This document shows positions 38,435 to 53,061 of a stretch of DNA of 64,000 nucleotides, in pieces. The translations under genes and the position numbers were made by a program. How positions within the stretch are numbered: the stretch's first letter is position 1; the number at the start of each line of letters is the position of its first letter. The notes beneath the pieces are model-generated. The model ran no database searches and was not told the DNA's origin. It saw nothing but the letters and a program-made list of their open reading frames with translations. The DNA is from Laetmonice hystrix (taxonomy: Eukaryota). The stretch lies in NCBI GenBank assembly GCA_965235115.1, contig OZ249451.1, positions 18,662,001 to 18,726,000 on the forward strand, in the 5' to 3' direction.

Positions 38435-38685
38435 CGGCTCACCGTTATCTTTCCGTTGTCTGTCCGTTATCTTTCCATTGTTTTTCCGTTGTCTGTCCGT
38501 TATCTTTCCGTTGTTTGTCCGTTATCTTTGCATTGTCCGTCCGTAATCTGCCCGTTGTTTGTCCGTCACCTTTCCGTTGTCCGTCTGTTATCTTTCCAAC
38601 GTTCGGCCGTTGTTTTTCCGTTGTCTGTCCGTTATCTTTCCGTTGTCTGTCCGTTATCTTTCCGTTATCTGTCCGTTATCTTTCA
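38435..38685. repeat. Degenerate ~22-bp repeat (TGTCCGTTATCTTTCCGTTGTC)
   Basis: Direct inspection. Confidence 0.85.
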
Positions 38686-39188
38686 GTCGTATGTCTGTTG
38701 TCTCTCTCTGTTGGCTGTCCACTCAACCCGACACGATATGACAGACAGCGTTGCATGCCGGGACGAAGAAGAATGAGCTCCCGTGTCCGCTATGACACGA
38801 CCATCAATAACTCTAGCTGACACTTATACAACGTCATCGGACGGGGGGTACCGGCACAGACAACATCCTCCACAATGACAGGCTCCCACATTCAGCGCTT
38901 CATCAAATATTTCACATGACATTTTCTCATCCACTTCATGCATAAAATATTCTTAAATGTATGAGAAAATTTCGTTGCGAACAGACAGATCATACAGGCT
39001 TTCAGATTGCACTATCTAGATGTAACTCATAAGGTACCAACCTATTATATGCTTCGTGTACCAACCGTCCCTGACTTAGCCGTGCACTGGCTCACATGAC
39101 AATACCCGGGCTCACGAATCCAACACTTACCTGTAAACAAACATAGAATAATAAAATCACATGTTCCACAAAATACGAGATGTAAACA

Positions 39189-39371
39189 CAGGATCCAGGA
39201 TTTTGATAACGGGGAAGACCAACAGGATTTTGATAAGGGGGGCCCACCTAAATTGTTTTTGCCTCGCTATGCTCGGCTTTTGATTTTCACTGTAGTAATG
39301 CATTTTCATAAAAAAGAGAAGTGAAATCTAAGGGGGGACCGGACCCCCTAGGCCCCCTGGATCCCCCACTG
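39189..39371. mobile_element. MITE with CAG...CTG ends and 5-bp TSD (left TIR internally deleted)
   Basis: AAACA|CAG-GATCCAGG ... CCTGGATCCCCCACTG|AAACA. Confidence 0.65.
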
Positions 39372-39850
39372 AAACACATGTATACATCAGTCTATAGTTA
39401 AAATACAAAAGTATGACAAGAGCACGTTGTGTACGGTCGAATCGATACTGAAAGGCAGAGATAGCAAGAACTGGGCAATGGGAACTGAAACATCTTTCGA
39501 TTGCATACACAAGAAACACTAAACCGTCAAATCCTTGTACATGCTATAAAAATATACTGATAAACCCTGACCTAAAACCGAAACTTTGTTCATGGGTTTC
39601 TACCCGACCGGTCCTAGAGTTACTACATGTGTTTAATCTGCATTGACATGCAACTGTCACATCAGAACTAGCTACATTATCGTCGCCATGGCAACATGCA
39701 GAGTGACACGGAAACACCGAGTGACATTTTGCATGTAGAGGTGGTATATTCTATCGGTTTGTACGGGTCGTCGACGGAAACTGTACGTTCTGTCGCCCTT
39801 TTCACGGCTTTTCTCATTCTACACACGCCTCAGGATACGCCTTACGTAGG

Positions 39851-40337
39851 CAGCACTGTCAGGACTGCCTATGTAAGCCGGCACTGCCAGGACCGTCTAT
39901 GTAAGGCGGCACTGCCAGGACCGTCCTTTGTACGTCGGCACTGCCAGGACCGTCCTTTGTACGTCGGCACTGCCAGGACCGTCCTATGTAAGTCGGCACT
40001 GCCAGGACCGTCCTATGTAAGCCGGCACTGCCAGGACCGTCTATGTAAGGCGGCACTGCCAGGACCGTCCTTTGTAAGTCGGCACTGCCAGGACCGTCTA
40101 TGTAAGGCGGCACTGCCAGGACCGTCCTTTGTACGTCGGCACTGCCAGGACCGTCTATGTAAGTCGGCACTGCCAGGACCGTCAAGTCGGCACTGCCAGG
40201 ACCGTCTATGTAAGCCGGCACTGCCAGGACCGTCCTATGTAAGTCGGCACTGCCAGGACCGTCAAGTCGGCACTGCCAGGACCGTCTATGTAAGCCGGCA
40301 CTGCCAGGACCGTCCTATGTAAGTCGGCACTGCCAGG
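39851..40337. repeat. 29-30-bp minisatellite (~17 copies)
   Basis: GTCGGCACTGCCAGGACCGTC(C)TATGTAA repeated. Confidence 0.95.
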
Positions 40338-40887
40338 GCCGTCATTGTATTTTTGTTTGTCATCCGTTGTCTGTGTGACAATGAAGAATCTACCCCAGAG
40401 TCTGGGAGTACTTCACGTCACTGTGGGTACCACCCCCTGGGACTCATCAATCATGGTGTCACACAACCATCCATCTCCATGGTGACAGCCCACGTGACGA
40501 CCAGTACACATCTTGTTGGACCGTCCCCATCACCTGAGCTCCCTGGAGGTCGCCGCCTCCATGGCAGCACGCCTCCTCTGTGGATTATCTCCTGTGTGAA
40601 CATAGCCTATGTACACACCTATGCCATCCGCTGGAGCGGCTTGCCCCACGACTGCACACCCCTCCCAGCAGACACAGCTTCTAAATGAGGTCCTTGCTTT
40701 ACTCCACTCCGACTTGTTCAACACTGCGCCGACCACTTTAATGACCCTGGAGTACACAGCGAACATGGAAGCTGCTGATTTATATTAATGCCAAGTAGCC
40801 ACCCCACACCCCACCCCTACCACACCCCCTTACACGCCCAGCTGTAGGGTCCGTGTAACGAGTCCGAACTGTACCGCCACGCTAGCC

Positions 40888-41241
40888 CTGTCTCTCTCCT
40901 GTCTCCCTGTCTGTCTCTGTCTCCCTGTCTCTCGCTCTGTCTCCCTGTGTCTGTCTCCCTGTCTNNNNNNNNNNNNNNNNNNNNNNNNNNNNNNNNNNNN
41001 NNNNNNNNNNNNNNNNNNNNNNNNNNNNNNNNNNNNNNNNNNNNNNNNNNNNNNNNNNNNNNNNNNNNNNNNNNNNNNNNNNNNNNNNNNNNNNNNNNNN
41101 NNNNNNNTCTCCCTGTCTGTCTCCCTGTCTCCCTGTCTCTCTCTGTCTCCCTGTCTCTCTCTGTCCCCCTATCTCTGTCTCCCTGTCTGTCTCCCTGTCT
41201 CCCTGTCTCCCTGTCTCTCTCTGTCTCCCTGTCTCTCTCCT
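40888..41241. repeat. CT-rich (CTGTCTCC-type) microsatellite spanning an assembly gap
   Basis: Pyrimidine-rich simple repeat on both sides of the N run. Confidence 0.9.
40965..41107. other. Assembly gap (143 N)
   Basis: Run of N. Confidence 0.99.
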
Positions 41242-44200
41242 GCACGGTGGTGGATCTCTCCTATGTTTGTTCTGACTCTCTACCATCTACCGCCCGGGGC
41301 AGTGCCCTCACTCCCACCCGGCCGACCCCCAAGGTCTGTTTGATAAATTAATATTGCAGAGTCCTTTCCAGCCACGTGTTTGTTTGGCTGATAACACTCA
41401 GACTCGGCTCGAAGACCACATGATTCTTTCCTGCCAACTTCCCAGACCTTCGTCTAGTTTGTCTGCCGTCTCTCAAAGTAGCCTCAAGTGAAATGTCACG
41501 GGGAAGGCAAAGTTCAAGGTCACATTAGCCTCGAGAAACTTTCCTTTGGTTAGATTCCAACACCTTCAGATAACTTCGGTGAGTCACATAAACACGAATG
41601 CAAACAACTGATTTTCAATATGTTGTCATATCTTTTTGTCCACACTTTGTCAATTCCACTTTAGAGTAGCAATATTATCGTCGGCCTTGATCATCCAGAC
41701 CCTCAGCGGCCCGAGCAGAGGGTCTTGACAAGTTTGTATCTCCGAGTTGTTCGGACATAAGCGGGCCGTTTAAAAGGTTTCAGTTTCCGGTTTGCTCGCA
41801 GCTGATTGGTCAATTTACCGGAAATCTAGCAAGAGGCGCCATGCGTAAGAAAATATATCAATCTGATGTGATCAGGTCTAGTCCCTAGCGATATGGATGG
41901 GACGTATACCTACGCCCGGACTATTCGGCCACAGTGCGAAACATTGTATCTGCATGATCTGTGTTGATCATGGTGTTAGGCTTAGTCAATCATCAATACC
42001 TGTTGACTGAGACGCATTCGGAATTATGGAACCCGCTTACGACATGGGAGCACGGGCTGGGGGGGGGGCGTGCTACGACCATGCCACCCTGCGACGAACA
42101 AACGCAAGGCAGAAACCATTCGGGACTCCCTCGGGCATATGACGTCACTTCCTGCTATTCGAATATACCCTCGGGTGGAATAGCGGCCATGTTTGGCAAC
42201 CAGATACACCGCCAAATGGAGGTGTGTAGCGAGGCACTGAGTGAACCGTCATATCCCATCGAGCCAGGAAGTAGTGCATTATTGACACCCGCTCCTTCGG
42301 CGTTGTATGTGCAAATATAAATTTCTGGTATAAAGGGGAACGTTTGAAGAAGAAAAATGAATCACCCAATTTACCTAAATGGGCGTCAATACGGTAATTT
42401 ATTAAATTCTGGGAAGCAATATGGCCGCGCCCATATACGACACGCGTACGACACTGGCCCGACACATGGTAGGACTACTTGTAATCATGTTGTAATTTAA
42501 GTTGTATCATGACATGATACTATTGTAATATTGCCCACTGACTTCGGGGAAAGCATTGTAGGCCTATTTTAGTTGCTTCCATGCCTGATGCAGAAAAAAT
42601 ACTGCAAGCACTGCCATGCTGTCGAGAGTCCCGGCTAAGTGTACCCGAGATGCAATGCTCAAAATGGCACCTGTTTCACCCGAGGCTACTTTCGAAGATA
42701 TGGCCGAGGATTCCCGAATGGGCAGAAACTTGCCCAGAATCTCGCGAAGCGAGAGAGTCGGGTGACCCAGACCGTGACCTTCTCTGATTGCTGAATGATA
42801 TCTTCTGTAGAAATGCCATCAAATGTCGCAGACATAAATCCTTACATATGGCCTCGCCACGAGATATTGTTACATTGCGTTATACATATTTTTCTCGGTG
42901 CGGGAGAGAGTCAACATCACGGGAATACGGCAGATTTTCTGACCTCCACAAATATAAACGTTAGTACTTCAGCAATGAAAGAACGAAGCGGAATCAATAG
43001 CACCTCCGTTACCACAACTAGATTACACCCTCGTCGCAGACAGGAAAACATTCAAGGTTGGTCTTGGAATTTTACAAACGTCGCTTCTTTCAGAGCGGTC
43101 CCATCATGTAAAACAGGACGCCCCATTAAACAAGATGACAAATTATACGGTGATAATGCAAACGGAAGTGGCCGCATTTGGTCGAAACGGAGCTCGTCGT
43201 GAGAAACTAATGGGAAAGAAGCACTACTCAGATAGTTGGGAATCTTCTTATCTTAATATAAATTGCGCTATTATGATGATTGGAATTCTCTCCGAGCCGG
43301 TACAAAGGTCTTGTGTTTCTCCACGGGAAACAGCCGACAAAGAATGTTGGTACGTTTTATGGAGCATCGATTGAAAAGCTGCAGGACTAACCAGAGGAAT
43401 GCGCGCCTTATCTCTTGTTGGTACTGAACGAATGAGACATTAAAGATGCGGCTGTCTGATATTTCCCCTGATGCTTATCACACCATAAATATTTCATTTC
43501 AACTCTACTGCAGACTTTCCGAGTACATGAATGTATGCGATATTAACTTCAGGGTCCTTCACATTAATAAATCTCCCCCGAGGAGGGCAGTTTCTACTGC
43601 TTCTACTCCTTCACATTAATAAATCTCCCCCGAGGAGGGCAGTTTGTGCTGGAGTAAGAATGATGGTACCAGGAATCCACCCAGATCTGCCACAGTAGCA
43701 GCCCTGCCAAGGGCACCACCACCGACCAAGTCTGAATGCCACACCGTTTTGATCTACTAGATTTACATACGCATTGCGGCATGACCTGCCTATAGTTTCT
43801 CGCTACATACTATTACTGGCTGCATGTTTGACCCAAACACTTGGCTGAAGTAATGATTCTTGCTGGTCCCACTTTGCCTGGTGTTCACTCGCAAAAAAAA
43901 GTTCTATCGTTCTAATTCAGAATCTCAAGCCAATCTCGCATTCTGGTTGGGGGAATTCCTGCGGACTCCACGAGTTTGTATATTCACGACGTCCTCAAAG
44001 ATCAACCAATCATGTCAACACCATCACGGCTTCCACCTACCTTCTGACCAATCATGGAGACCTCCAATCCTGCAGTGACTGTTTACCGTTTGCTATCTCA
44101 TTTATCCATACTAACTACGACAATAACCTTGGGATTGTTCACAATTACCACCACTCTGATCGTGAACGACTTTGACTACAGAAAGTGGCCGGATTATAAA

Positions 44201-46319
44201 GCTGTCACTGCGCAAAATCTCTCCTTACAGCGAGGAAACATCTATATCCTCTCTGGTGGAATAACAAAAAACGTGTAATGGGATGACGACTTGTTGAATT
44301 GTCCTAGATCAGGCACACATTGACTAGAAGCTGACTAATGTTCCCATTTGCTGCCACCAATCCGCAGAAACAAGCTGTCATGGCAACCGCATTTGGAGCT
44401 TGCTGCACAGCAATAACCACTTACCTTTTCCCAATTCAATATTCGATATTCATAGAACTTCGGATACCAATCCATCTCAACCACTATTCCTACCAGCACT
44501 GCGCTCAACCACTGGACAATTCGGGAACTAAGTGTTCATGTAAGCTTCCTTCTGTTAGCTTCGAAACACTGCACCTCAGCCTCTCTCTCCATCTCTGTCT
44601 CTCTTTCTGTCTCTGTCTGGCTCTCATTTCAAAACGGTGTAGAAGTAAACCTGTGCATGCTTGCAGTAGCAGAAAGAAATTCAATCGGAAACTCTGAAAT
44701 CTTATAGATTTTTTAAAAAGAATTATCAGTAAATATTAATTGTGCCACCAGATTTCGAGTCATATGGCAGGTACAAATGTAGTGACATTTAAGCCGAAGA
44801 CATTTTCATTATGTATCGTTTTCCATTAAGGCATTGCTAAAGTTTTGTCAGCATCTTCGCCTCGTGTACTCGCCAGACTGTTGGTTTGACAACATTACCT
44901 TCATTGATGGTATTTTTTCTAACATCAGTACTTCATACATCAGAGAACTTTACTATAGGACCTTGCTGTATACATTGGTGGGCTCCCCATAATCACCTAC
45001 TCTTATCTACGTACACCTGCTTCAACATATCTCCATCGAGATCTGTCTACACAAAATGTAGTCAATCTTTACATGTCTAGAGACTGTCATATACCACATG
45101 TAAAGTTGAAAGTGTTTGTCCTCAGATACATTATTGGCGGCTCTAACCTCGACATAACACACCTATCCTCATGAGCCCGCTACTGTCGTATCCTTACAAT
45201 ACAAGGATTGCTAAAGGTTCTTCTCAAGGAAAAAACTTCCAGGCAAGATGCTGTCACAATCATCCACATACGATAAAACTGTCCGTTAAACCGAACTGTG
45301 AACGTAAGGAAATCTACGCGGAATGTACAGGTGTGCAGAAACTGAATATATCTGCCCTGATCTTTGGCCGACTTCAGAACGATGTCGGTCTCATTTTGAA
45401 ACCAAGTTGTTGTCCTCGTTGACTCGGTCGAGGTGTGCCGAAGTACGGCAACAGGGGGGGGGGGGGCTTCCTTTGATACCCATATAACATGACAGTGTCC
45501 TGAGGGCTATTGTCAATTTACCTGTCAAATTAATGATCGAGAAAAGTTAGAGCATACTGCACATGTCCGTGTTTGTCCTCGATATACGGGCAAAGGTCAA
45601 TCACATTCGTTGATGGGACCAAGCCTTCCCACATATGGACAAAGGCTAACCTCATACGGACAAGGGTTGCCCATATACGGACAAATGCCGCCCACATACA
45701 CCTACAGGATAACGACATGCGGACAAAGCCTGCCCAAACCGACGGACATTACACAATCTCCGGATGTAGAGCACATGTAAAGCCAGCCATAGGCTGAGAA
45801 ATACGACATGAACTTGAAAACCCCACCTCAAAGCTGATTCATATCCAAAGGTCGCCTACATTCACAAACGATTGTGTTCACGTACATGAAGAAGGTTGTT
45901 CACATTCAGAAGGCTACTACCATTGTAAGAGTGTCTTCAGCAGTCCTTCAATGTACCTTACACTCCTTACAATCTGTTGCGGGGACTTAACTTGGGTTGC
46001 TGTTCAAAGAGGACCCACGATACGAGCTCCATAACCTTAGTTTAATTAATCTTACAAAAATATCAGTGGCTATAAGTGGGCGTAGCCGGCAGTTTCTGAA
46101 GTTAGCCCTGTCCATACTAATCACCGCTGACTTTGGCAGCAGGGACACTGGCATGTTGTGGGCGGTGGTAATTGTCGGTGTATGTGTCAGTGGATATCTC
46201 TGCGGTTTTAGAGCACGGTGATTCAGATACTGTGGGCGGACGGTGGAGAGTCCAACCGACGGAAGATACCAGTCACTTCACAAACCTGGCCACCGTAAAA
46301 CTGTTCTCCAACCGGTGAA

Positions 46320-47440
46320 TCGTATGATCTCCCGCCGACCTACCTTCCCGTAACTATAGACCGTCTTAGGTCGTATGACATCCAGCCGACCTACCTCCCC
46401 GTAACTATAGACCGCGTTAGGTCGTATGATCTTAAGCCGACCTGCCTTCCCGTAACTATAGACCGTCTTAGGTCGTATGACCTCCCGCCGACCTACCTCC
46501 CCGTAACTATAGACCGTCTTAGGTCATATGACATCCAGCCGACCTACCTGCCCGTAACTATAGACCGTCTTAGGTCGTATGATCTCCCGCCGACCTACCT
46601 CCCCGTAACTATAGACCGTCTTAGGTCGTATGATCTCCCGCCGACCTACCTCCCCGTAACAATAGACCGCCTTAGGTCGTATGACATCCCGCCGACCTAC
46701 CTTCCCGTAACTATAGACCGTCTTAGGTCGTATGATCTCCCGCCGACCTACCTCCCCGTAACAATAGACCGTCTTAGGTCGTATGACCTCCCGCCGACCT
46801 ACCTCCCCGTAACTATAGACCGTCTTAGGTCGTATGACCTCCAGCCGACCTACCTCCCCGTAACTATAGACCGCGTTAGGTCGTATGACATCCAGCCAAC
46901 CGACCTCCCCGTAAATATAGACCGTCTTAGGTCGTATGACATCCAGCTGACCTACCTCCCCGTAACTATAGACCGCCTTAGGTCGTATGATCTCCCGCCG
47001 ACCTGCCTCCCCGTAACTATAGACCGTCTTAGGTCGTATGATCTCCCGCCGACCTACCTCCCCGGAACTATAGACCGTCTTAGGTGGTATGATCTCCCGT
47101 AACTATAGACCGTCTTAGGTCGTATGACATCCAGCCGACCTACCTCCCCGTAACTATAGACCGTCTTAGGTCGTATGACATCCAGCCGACCTACCTCCCC
47201 GTAACTATAGACCGTCTTAGGTCGTATGATCTCCCGCCGACCTACCTCCCCGTAACTATAGACCGTCTTAGGTCGTATGACCTACCGCCGACCTACCTCC
47301 CCGTAACTGTAGACCGTCTTAGGTCGTATGACCTCCCGCCGACCTACCTCCCCGTAACTATAGACCGTCTTAGGTCGTATGACCTACCGCCGACCTACCT
47401 CCCCGTAACTGTAGACCGTGTTAGGTCGTATGATCTCCAG
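46320..47440. repeat. 51-bp minisatellite (~22 copies)
   Basis: GTCGTATGATCTCCCGCCGACCTACCTCCCCGTAACTATAGACCGTCTTAG repeated. Confidence 0.97.
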
Positions 47441-48284
47441 CCCAGCTGCATGACTTCCCATAGCTGTCTTTTTTTGTTTTGTCTTAATTAGACTTCTAGT
47501 TTGTACTTTTTGTTCTTCTTTTTGTCAGCGACTAGCACTGCGTCACATGATTGGACAGACCGGTTTTTATAGTTCCCAGTTCGACAAATTGCGTCTGGGA
47601 AGCCAGTGTGGGAAGCCAGTGTGGGAAGCCAGTGTGTGAGTGGGCTTAAAGGACGTTCATTAGCACTACGGCCAACAATGAACAAGGCAAGGTTTCAGCA
47701 GCGATGGAGAGCAGGATTTAAAAGTATCATCCTGGTCGACTTCTTAACTCCAACTCAATCAGCCTCCCAGTCAACCCTCTCAATCAGCCCTCTCAATCAG
47801 CCCTCTCAATCAGCCCTCTCAATCAGGCCTCAGTCAGACCTGCTCAGACTGGAAAATCACTCAACTAATCCATTGGTCCTCTCTGAAAAAGTTTTCTTCC
47901 ACTTCCAGCATTTTGCTATTTTTTTTTATTTTTGAAAAAAAAATTAAAAGAAATCTTTGAGAGTAGTTTTCTCCCGGCTGGATGTCACGGCCCGTTTTTC
48001 AGGTCGTAAAATGTGCCCGATCTCAACTCTCGAAACATGTCTTATTACATCTGACTGGGGGGTATCGCTTGACAAGCCAATAAGAAGCCCCTTATCAACT
48101 TCTGAGCCCCCCCCCCCCCAATAAATATAAATAATCTGGCCTACAATACAGGGATCGACAGCCTAACCCTGAGCGCCTAGGATATATCATCCTTCAAATC
48201 CACCTCCACCAGAGGAGATTTCCACTGACGTCACCCATCCATCTTGACGCTGCGTCTGATTACAGCCAGAACATGTCTGTCGAC

Positions 48285-48862
48285 CACATTCACCGAACCT
48301 CTACATGAATGTAGTTTCCGACCACAGCGGGATAGGACCACATTCACCAAACCCCTACATGAATGTAGTTTCCGACCACAGCGGGATAGGACCACATTCA
48401 CCAAACTTCTACATGAATGTAGTTTCCGACCACAGCGGGGTAGGACCACATTCACCAAACCTCTACATGAATGTAGTTTCCGACCACAGCGGGGTAGGAC
48501 CACATTCACCAAACCTCTACATGAATGTAGTTTCCGACCACAGCGGGGTAGGACCACATTCACCAAACCTCTACATGAATGTAGTTTCCGACCACAGCGG
48601 GGTAGGACCACATTCACCAAACCTCTACATGAATGTAGTTTCCGACCACAGCGGGGTAGGACCACGTTCACCAAACCTCTACATGAATGTAGTTTCCGAC
48701 CACAGTGGGGTAGGACCACGTTCACCAAACCTCTACATGAATGTAGTTTCCGACCACAGTGGGGTAGGACCACATTCACCAAACTTCTACATGAATGTAG
48801 TTTCCGACCACAGTGGGGTAGGACCACGTTCACCAAACCTCTACATGAATGTAGTTTCCGAC
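48285..48862. repeat. 54-bp minisatellite (~11 copies)
   Basis: 18-codon period seen in three overlapping repeat ORFs. Confidence 0.97.
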
Positions 48863-50648
48863 AGCGGGGTTGGGGAGACTTTACACGGTCCTCGTGAACA
48901 GGATCAGAGTCCGTAAGGTCTCACCACGAATGTTTTAACGCCCTGAGTTACAATCACATCTATGCCGTCAGAATCATGCTCAAATGTGGCACAGAATGTG
49001 TCTACCTAAAGCCACGCCTCTTCAGCCATAATAATCACAATGTCTTAGCACCCCCACGGAAATCCCTGATCAGCTCAACAAGCCAATATCTGTCTCCCGT
49101 AGAAACTGGCTGACTGCTGCATGAAGCCCTGACCTAGATACTGGTATCACTGATCTGATATTGAACAATGGCATTGGGATATTTATGATTCTGAAGACAC
49201 ACTCATCCCAGCTGTTGTCAAACATTTTAATCAACGGTTATAGGTAAAACTACCTGAGCTATCAATCATTACTAAGTACATGTGGAGCTAAGACTCCTTA
49301 CTGCCGTGCCTAGATCCCATATAGAACATGTAAGCCGGTTCTTTGCAGTACTTATATCTTCCACTTGTAGTCGCCCTCGCCCACTGGCGCCCCCTACATC
49401 TGTTACTGTTAGCGCTGCCCTCCCTGACCCCTCCCCCTATCGCCTGCTCCCCTACGCTCCTCTAATCGACCATTGTTTTAATCTGGTAGCAGCATATGGC
49501 CATTTTTATCTTCCTTGTTTGGGTATGCGCCTGTCGAACCCGCCTTCTGGTCTGATGAATTTAAGGCTGCCATGCGACGTTGTGTTGCGGTGTAAATGGA
49601 TTGTATGGCTCCAAGTCGGGGCGGGCTGTTACTGGTCGGCTCGGCATGGCCGCCTACACTTCAGCCAATCTCCCTGCACGGCCATGATGAATACCTCTTT
49701 CACACCCATACTATCTATTCCAAGATTATACACTATAAGGCCATCAGCCGGCCAGACTACTCACATATTGCTATTTTCAGCCACGGGGGCCTCCAAGCCA
49801 TGTGCGAGGAAGGCTGACTAATGATGTCGTTAAACCAAGCCGAACTGAGCATATGCCCTCCCACAATATACATGACACGTCTGTGTACAGCCAGCGGCCC
49901 AATACTTGCCGTCCATAGGCTTACGATGAGTTCAAGGTGTTACTGCATAATACCGGAGAAACATTATCACAATATAAGGCTGATACAATTCACTCAACGT
50001 GTTGTGTCGGAACCTTCTTTAGTAACCTCAGCACAGCAACTATGAGCTAATCTTATTTAAATATGACTGATGGCCGGAGAGAACACAGTGAAAGAATACA
50101 TCCTTGACTCAACCGGATCTACCTACACTGTACGCTGTTTTAACACTGCACACGGAGAGAGAGAGGGAGAGAGAGAGAAACAGAGACAGACAGAGAGAGA
50201 GAGAGAGTCACCATACTGAATGTGAGATGTCTCCTTTATGCTGCCATTAAGAAGGATCCGGCATCCTGTTGCCACCCAGACTCGACATCAAGAATTAAAA
50301 CCACAAAAACCACTTCAAGGTGTACACAGCTAACTCATTTGATACGAACTTCCTGAAACACTCTCTGGAAAGTCTTTCCTGGTAAACAAGTTTACAATTA
50401 CCAAATTAAATTTGGATTAAGTCACGTAGCTGCTTTTTTCTCGGTTCCTCCTAGGATACTTCATAACCTGAGACCATTTCTCGGAACCTTTTCACAGTAT
50501 TGGAGGATAAAAACACCCCTCTGTTGCCTCATGCAGGTGGCGATATATTTTTTCCTTTTTTTATCCCTACAAGATTAACAGGTAGTTAGAGATAGGAATG
50601 CATTGAGAGCCGGACCTCCTAAGTGAGAACGGTGGAGTGATGCTCCAG

Positions 50649-50817
50649 GGCCCGGTTTCAGAAAGGTTAGCATGATCTTAACTTAAGCTCTGCTTAGCCT
50701 TTTATGGCCCCTGATTGGCTGGTCCTCTGCTGCTCAGCTTCAACCAGCCAATCAGGGGTCCTAAAAGGCTAAGCAGAGCTTAAGTTAAGATCATGCTAAC
50801 CTTTCTGAAACCGGGCC
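50649..50817. mobile_element. Palindromic (foldback) Harbinger-type MITE, 169 bp
   Basis: ~75-bp arms with about 2 mismatches; CAG on both flanks (50646-50648 and 50818-50820). Confidence 0.9.
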
Positions 50818-51991
50818 CAGGTCTGGCCATCCGGCTAAATGTCAAGACTCTCCATAATTATTATGTCGTATAGGCTCAAAAAGGCTCTAACATGATGCGT
50901 GCAGTAGGAAAAAAACCCTTGTCTAGATCAAGCCAAGAAGTTATCTATACATTAAAAAAAAATCGCTGGAGAATTATTTGTGCATTCCGGTGAGATTTTG
51001 CCGGTATTTTCACAAAGCGACGATCAAATTATGGCGCTCGGAACAAAGCTGACGGATTTGATAGGGGGATGACATATTTCCGGGCGCTGGAAAGGCGTGA
51101 CAATATGGTGCTATGCATTATACATCCGTCTCACTCCTGGTCGGCGCCGCCTTCAAAGCCGCGGAAAAAACATTTTGGTCTCGACGTTTTGACATTTTGT
51201 AGAAGACGATCACATTACGCCGAGACACATACATGTGAATTGAACGAATGAAGGTGGTTGAACACAGAGAATGGTGGTTGAATACACAGTGGGAGCCTGG
51301 TTGTTGAACACACAACTCATGAGGCGGTGTTCATAAAGAGACAGCTGACCAGACAACATTATACCTTTGGGCCAGTAATCCAGTCCTCAATACCCGTGTA
51401 AAACGGCACGATCGGTGCGCGTCTTTTGTGGCTCTGCTCAATACTTTATGGCAAGAAAACTACAAAAATAGCATCAAGCCAATAATAAACGCCATTCCAC
51501 CACCTTCTAGAGATTTGTATAATGAAGGAGAAAGCTGTTAGAGATTCTTACCTTTACTACTCCATTATCAATGATTTATGATGACTGACTCGGTTTTAGG
51601 AGCTCTGTGCATTGTTTTGTTAAATTAAAAGCGTGCAGAACTTGAAACTTTCCTGAATTAATCGCACACTTATAAAGCACATGTAAAATGTGTAGTGTTG
51701 GTACGTTTTACTTTACTTAATTATATGATTTATATCTATCACGACCAAGAGCAAAAACAAATGCTATCTAGTTATATCACCAGATAAGGATATCTGTAGA
51801 GGAACATTTTTCTCATCTCGACAGATTCTAGCAAATCTATACATTTCATCTGAACAGGACAGCTTTAGGCCGCAAGTTTTATTGTCTACCAGTACACGTA
51901 ATATAATGCGCACGCCTCTATCGGTGAGAAGTAAAATAATAATTCGTAACCTTTTGGTGATTCATATTACACGCTGAATATCGGCTTTCAG

Positions 51992-52797
51992 GGATATTCG
52001 TTATAGACTGTTGTACAGCGAGTCACTCTGATTCCAGGGACATTCGTTATAAACTGTTGTACAGCGAGTCACTCTGATTCCAGGGACATTCGTTATAAAC
52101 TGTTGTACAGCGAGTCACTCTGATTCCAGGGACATTCGTTATAAACTGTTGTACAGAGAGTCACTCTGATTCCAGGGACATTCGTTATAAACTGTTGTAC
52201 AGAAAGTCACTCTGATTCCAGGGACATTCGTTATAAACTGTTGTACAGAGAGTCACTCTGATTCCAGGGACATTCGTTATAAACTGTTGTACAGAAGTCT
52301 GATTCCTGGGACATTCGTTATAAACTGTTGTACAGAGAGTCACTCTGATTCCAGGGACATTCGTTATAAACTGTTGTACAGAAAGGCACTGTGATTCCAG
52401 GGACATTCGTTATAAACTGTTGTACAGAGAGTCACTCTGATTCCAGGGACATTCGTTATAAACTGTTGTACAGCGAGTCACTCTGATTCCAGGGACATTC
52501 GTTATAAACTGTTGTACAGCGAGTCACTCTGATTCCAGGGACATTCGTTATAAACTGTTGTACAGAGAGTCACTCTGATTCCAGGGACATTCGTTATAAA
52601 GTGTTGTACAGCGAGTCACTCTGATTCCAGGGACATTCGTTATAAACTGTTGTACAGAGAGTCACTCTGATTCCAGGGACATTCGTTATAAACTGTTGTA
52701 CAGAGTCACTCTGATTCCAGGGACATTCGTTATAAACTGTTGTAGAGCGAGTCACTCTGATTCCAGAGACATTCGTACAACGAGTCACTCTGATTCC
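51992..52797. repeat. 46-bp minisatellite (~17 copies)
   Basis: Period 46 (52020 to 52066): GAGTCACTCTGATTCCAGGGACATTCGTTATAAACTGTTGTACAGC. Confidence 0.97.
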
Positions 52798-53061
52798 AAC
52801 TCAATCACTTCAGGACGTCTGGAGGCTATACGTTCCAGATTTTGCTCGTTGGCCCAGACGAAATGGCCTTTCACTTCATATCCATTGCAAGGTTTTAAAA
52901 TTTCCTGTTAACATCATGCCTATCCTAACCGATTACACTATACCTGATCTACACCTATACCTGATCTACACCGGATCGTGTCACCCCGTAAACGGAGAAG
53001 GTAATTAAAAAAGTTCTGTCAAATCATTTCTATATCAGACTAGACCAGAGTTTGTGTTTAA

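Noticed and set aside
44054-45422. Faint LINE endonuclease-like (VYR...IVNDFDY) and Penelope-like peptide fragments
   Set aside because: Catalytic motifs are not intact and no continuous RT was found; too weak to call without an HMM search.
46320-47440. Unit segment GTAACTATAGACCGTCTTAGGT resembling the 28S rRNA R2/I-PpoI target (GTAACTATGACTCTCTTAAGGTAGC)
   Set aside because: Needs two indels and several mismatches over ~25 nt, and the flanks do not match rRNA, so it is compatible with chance.
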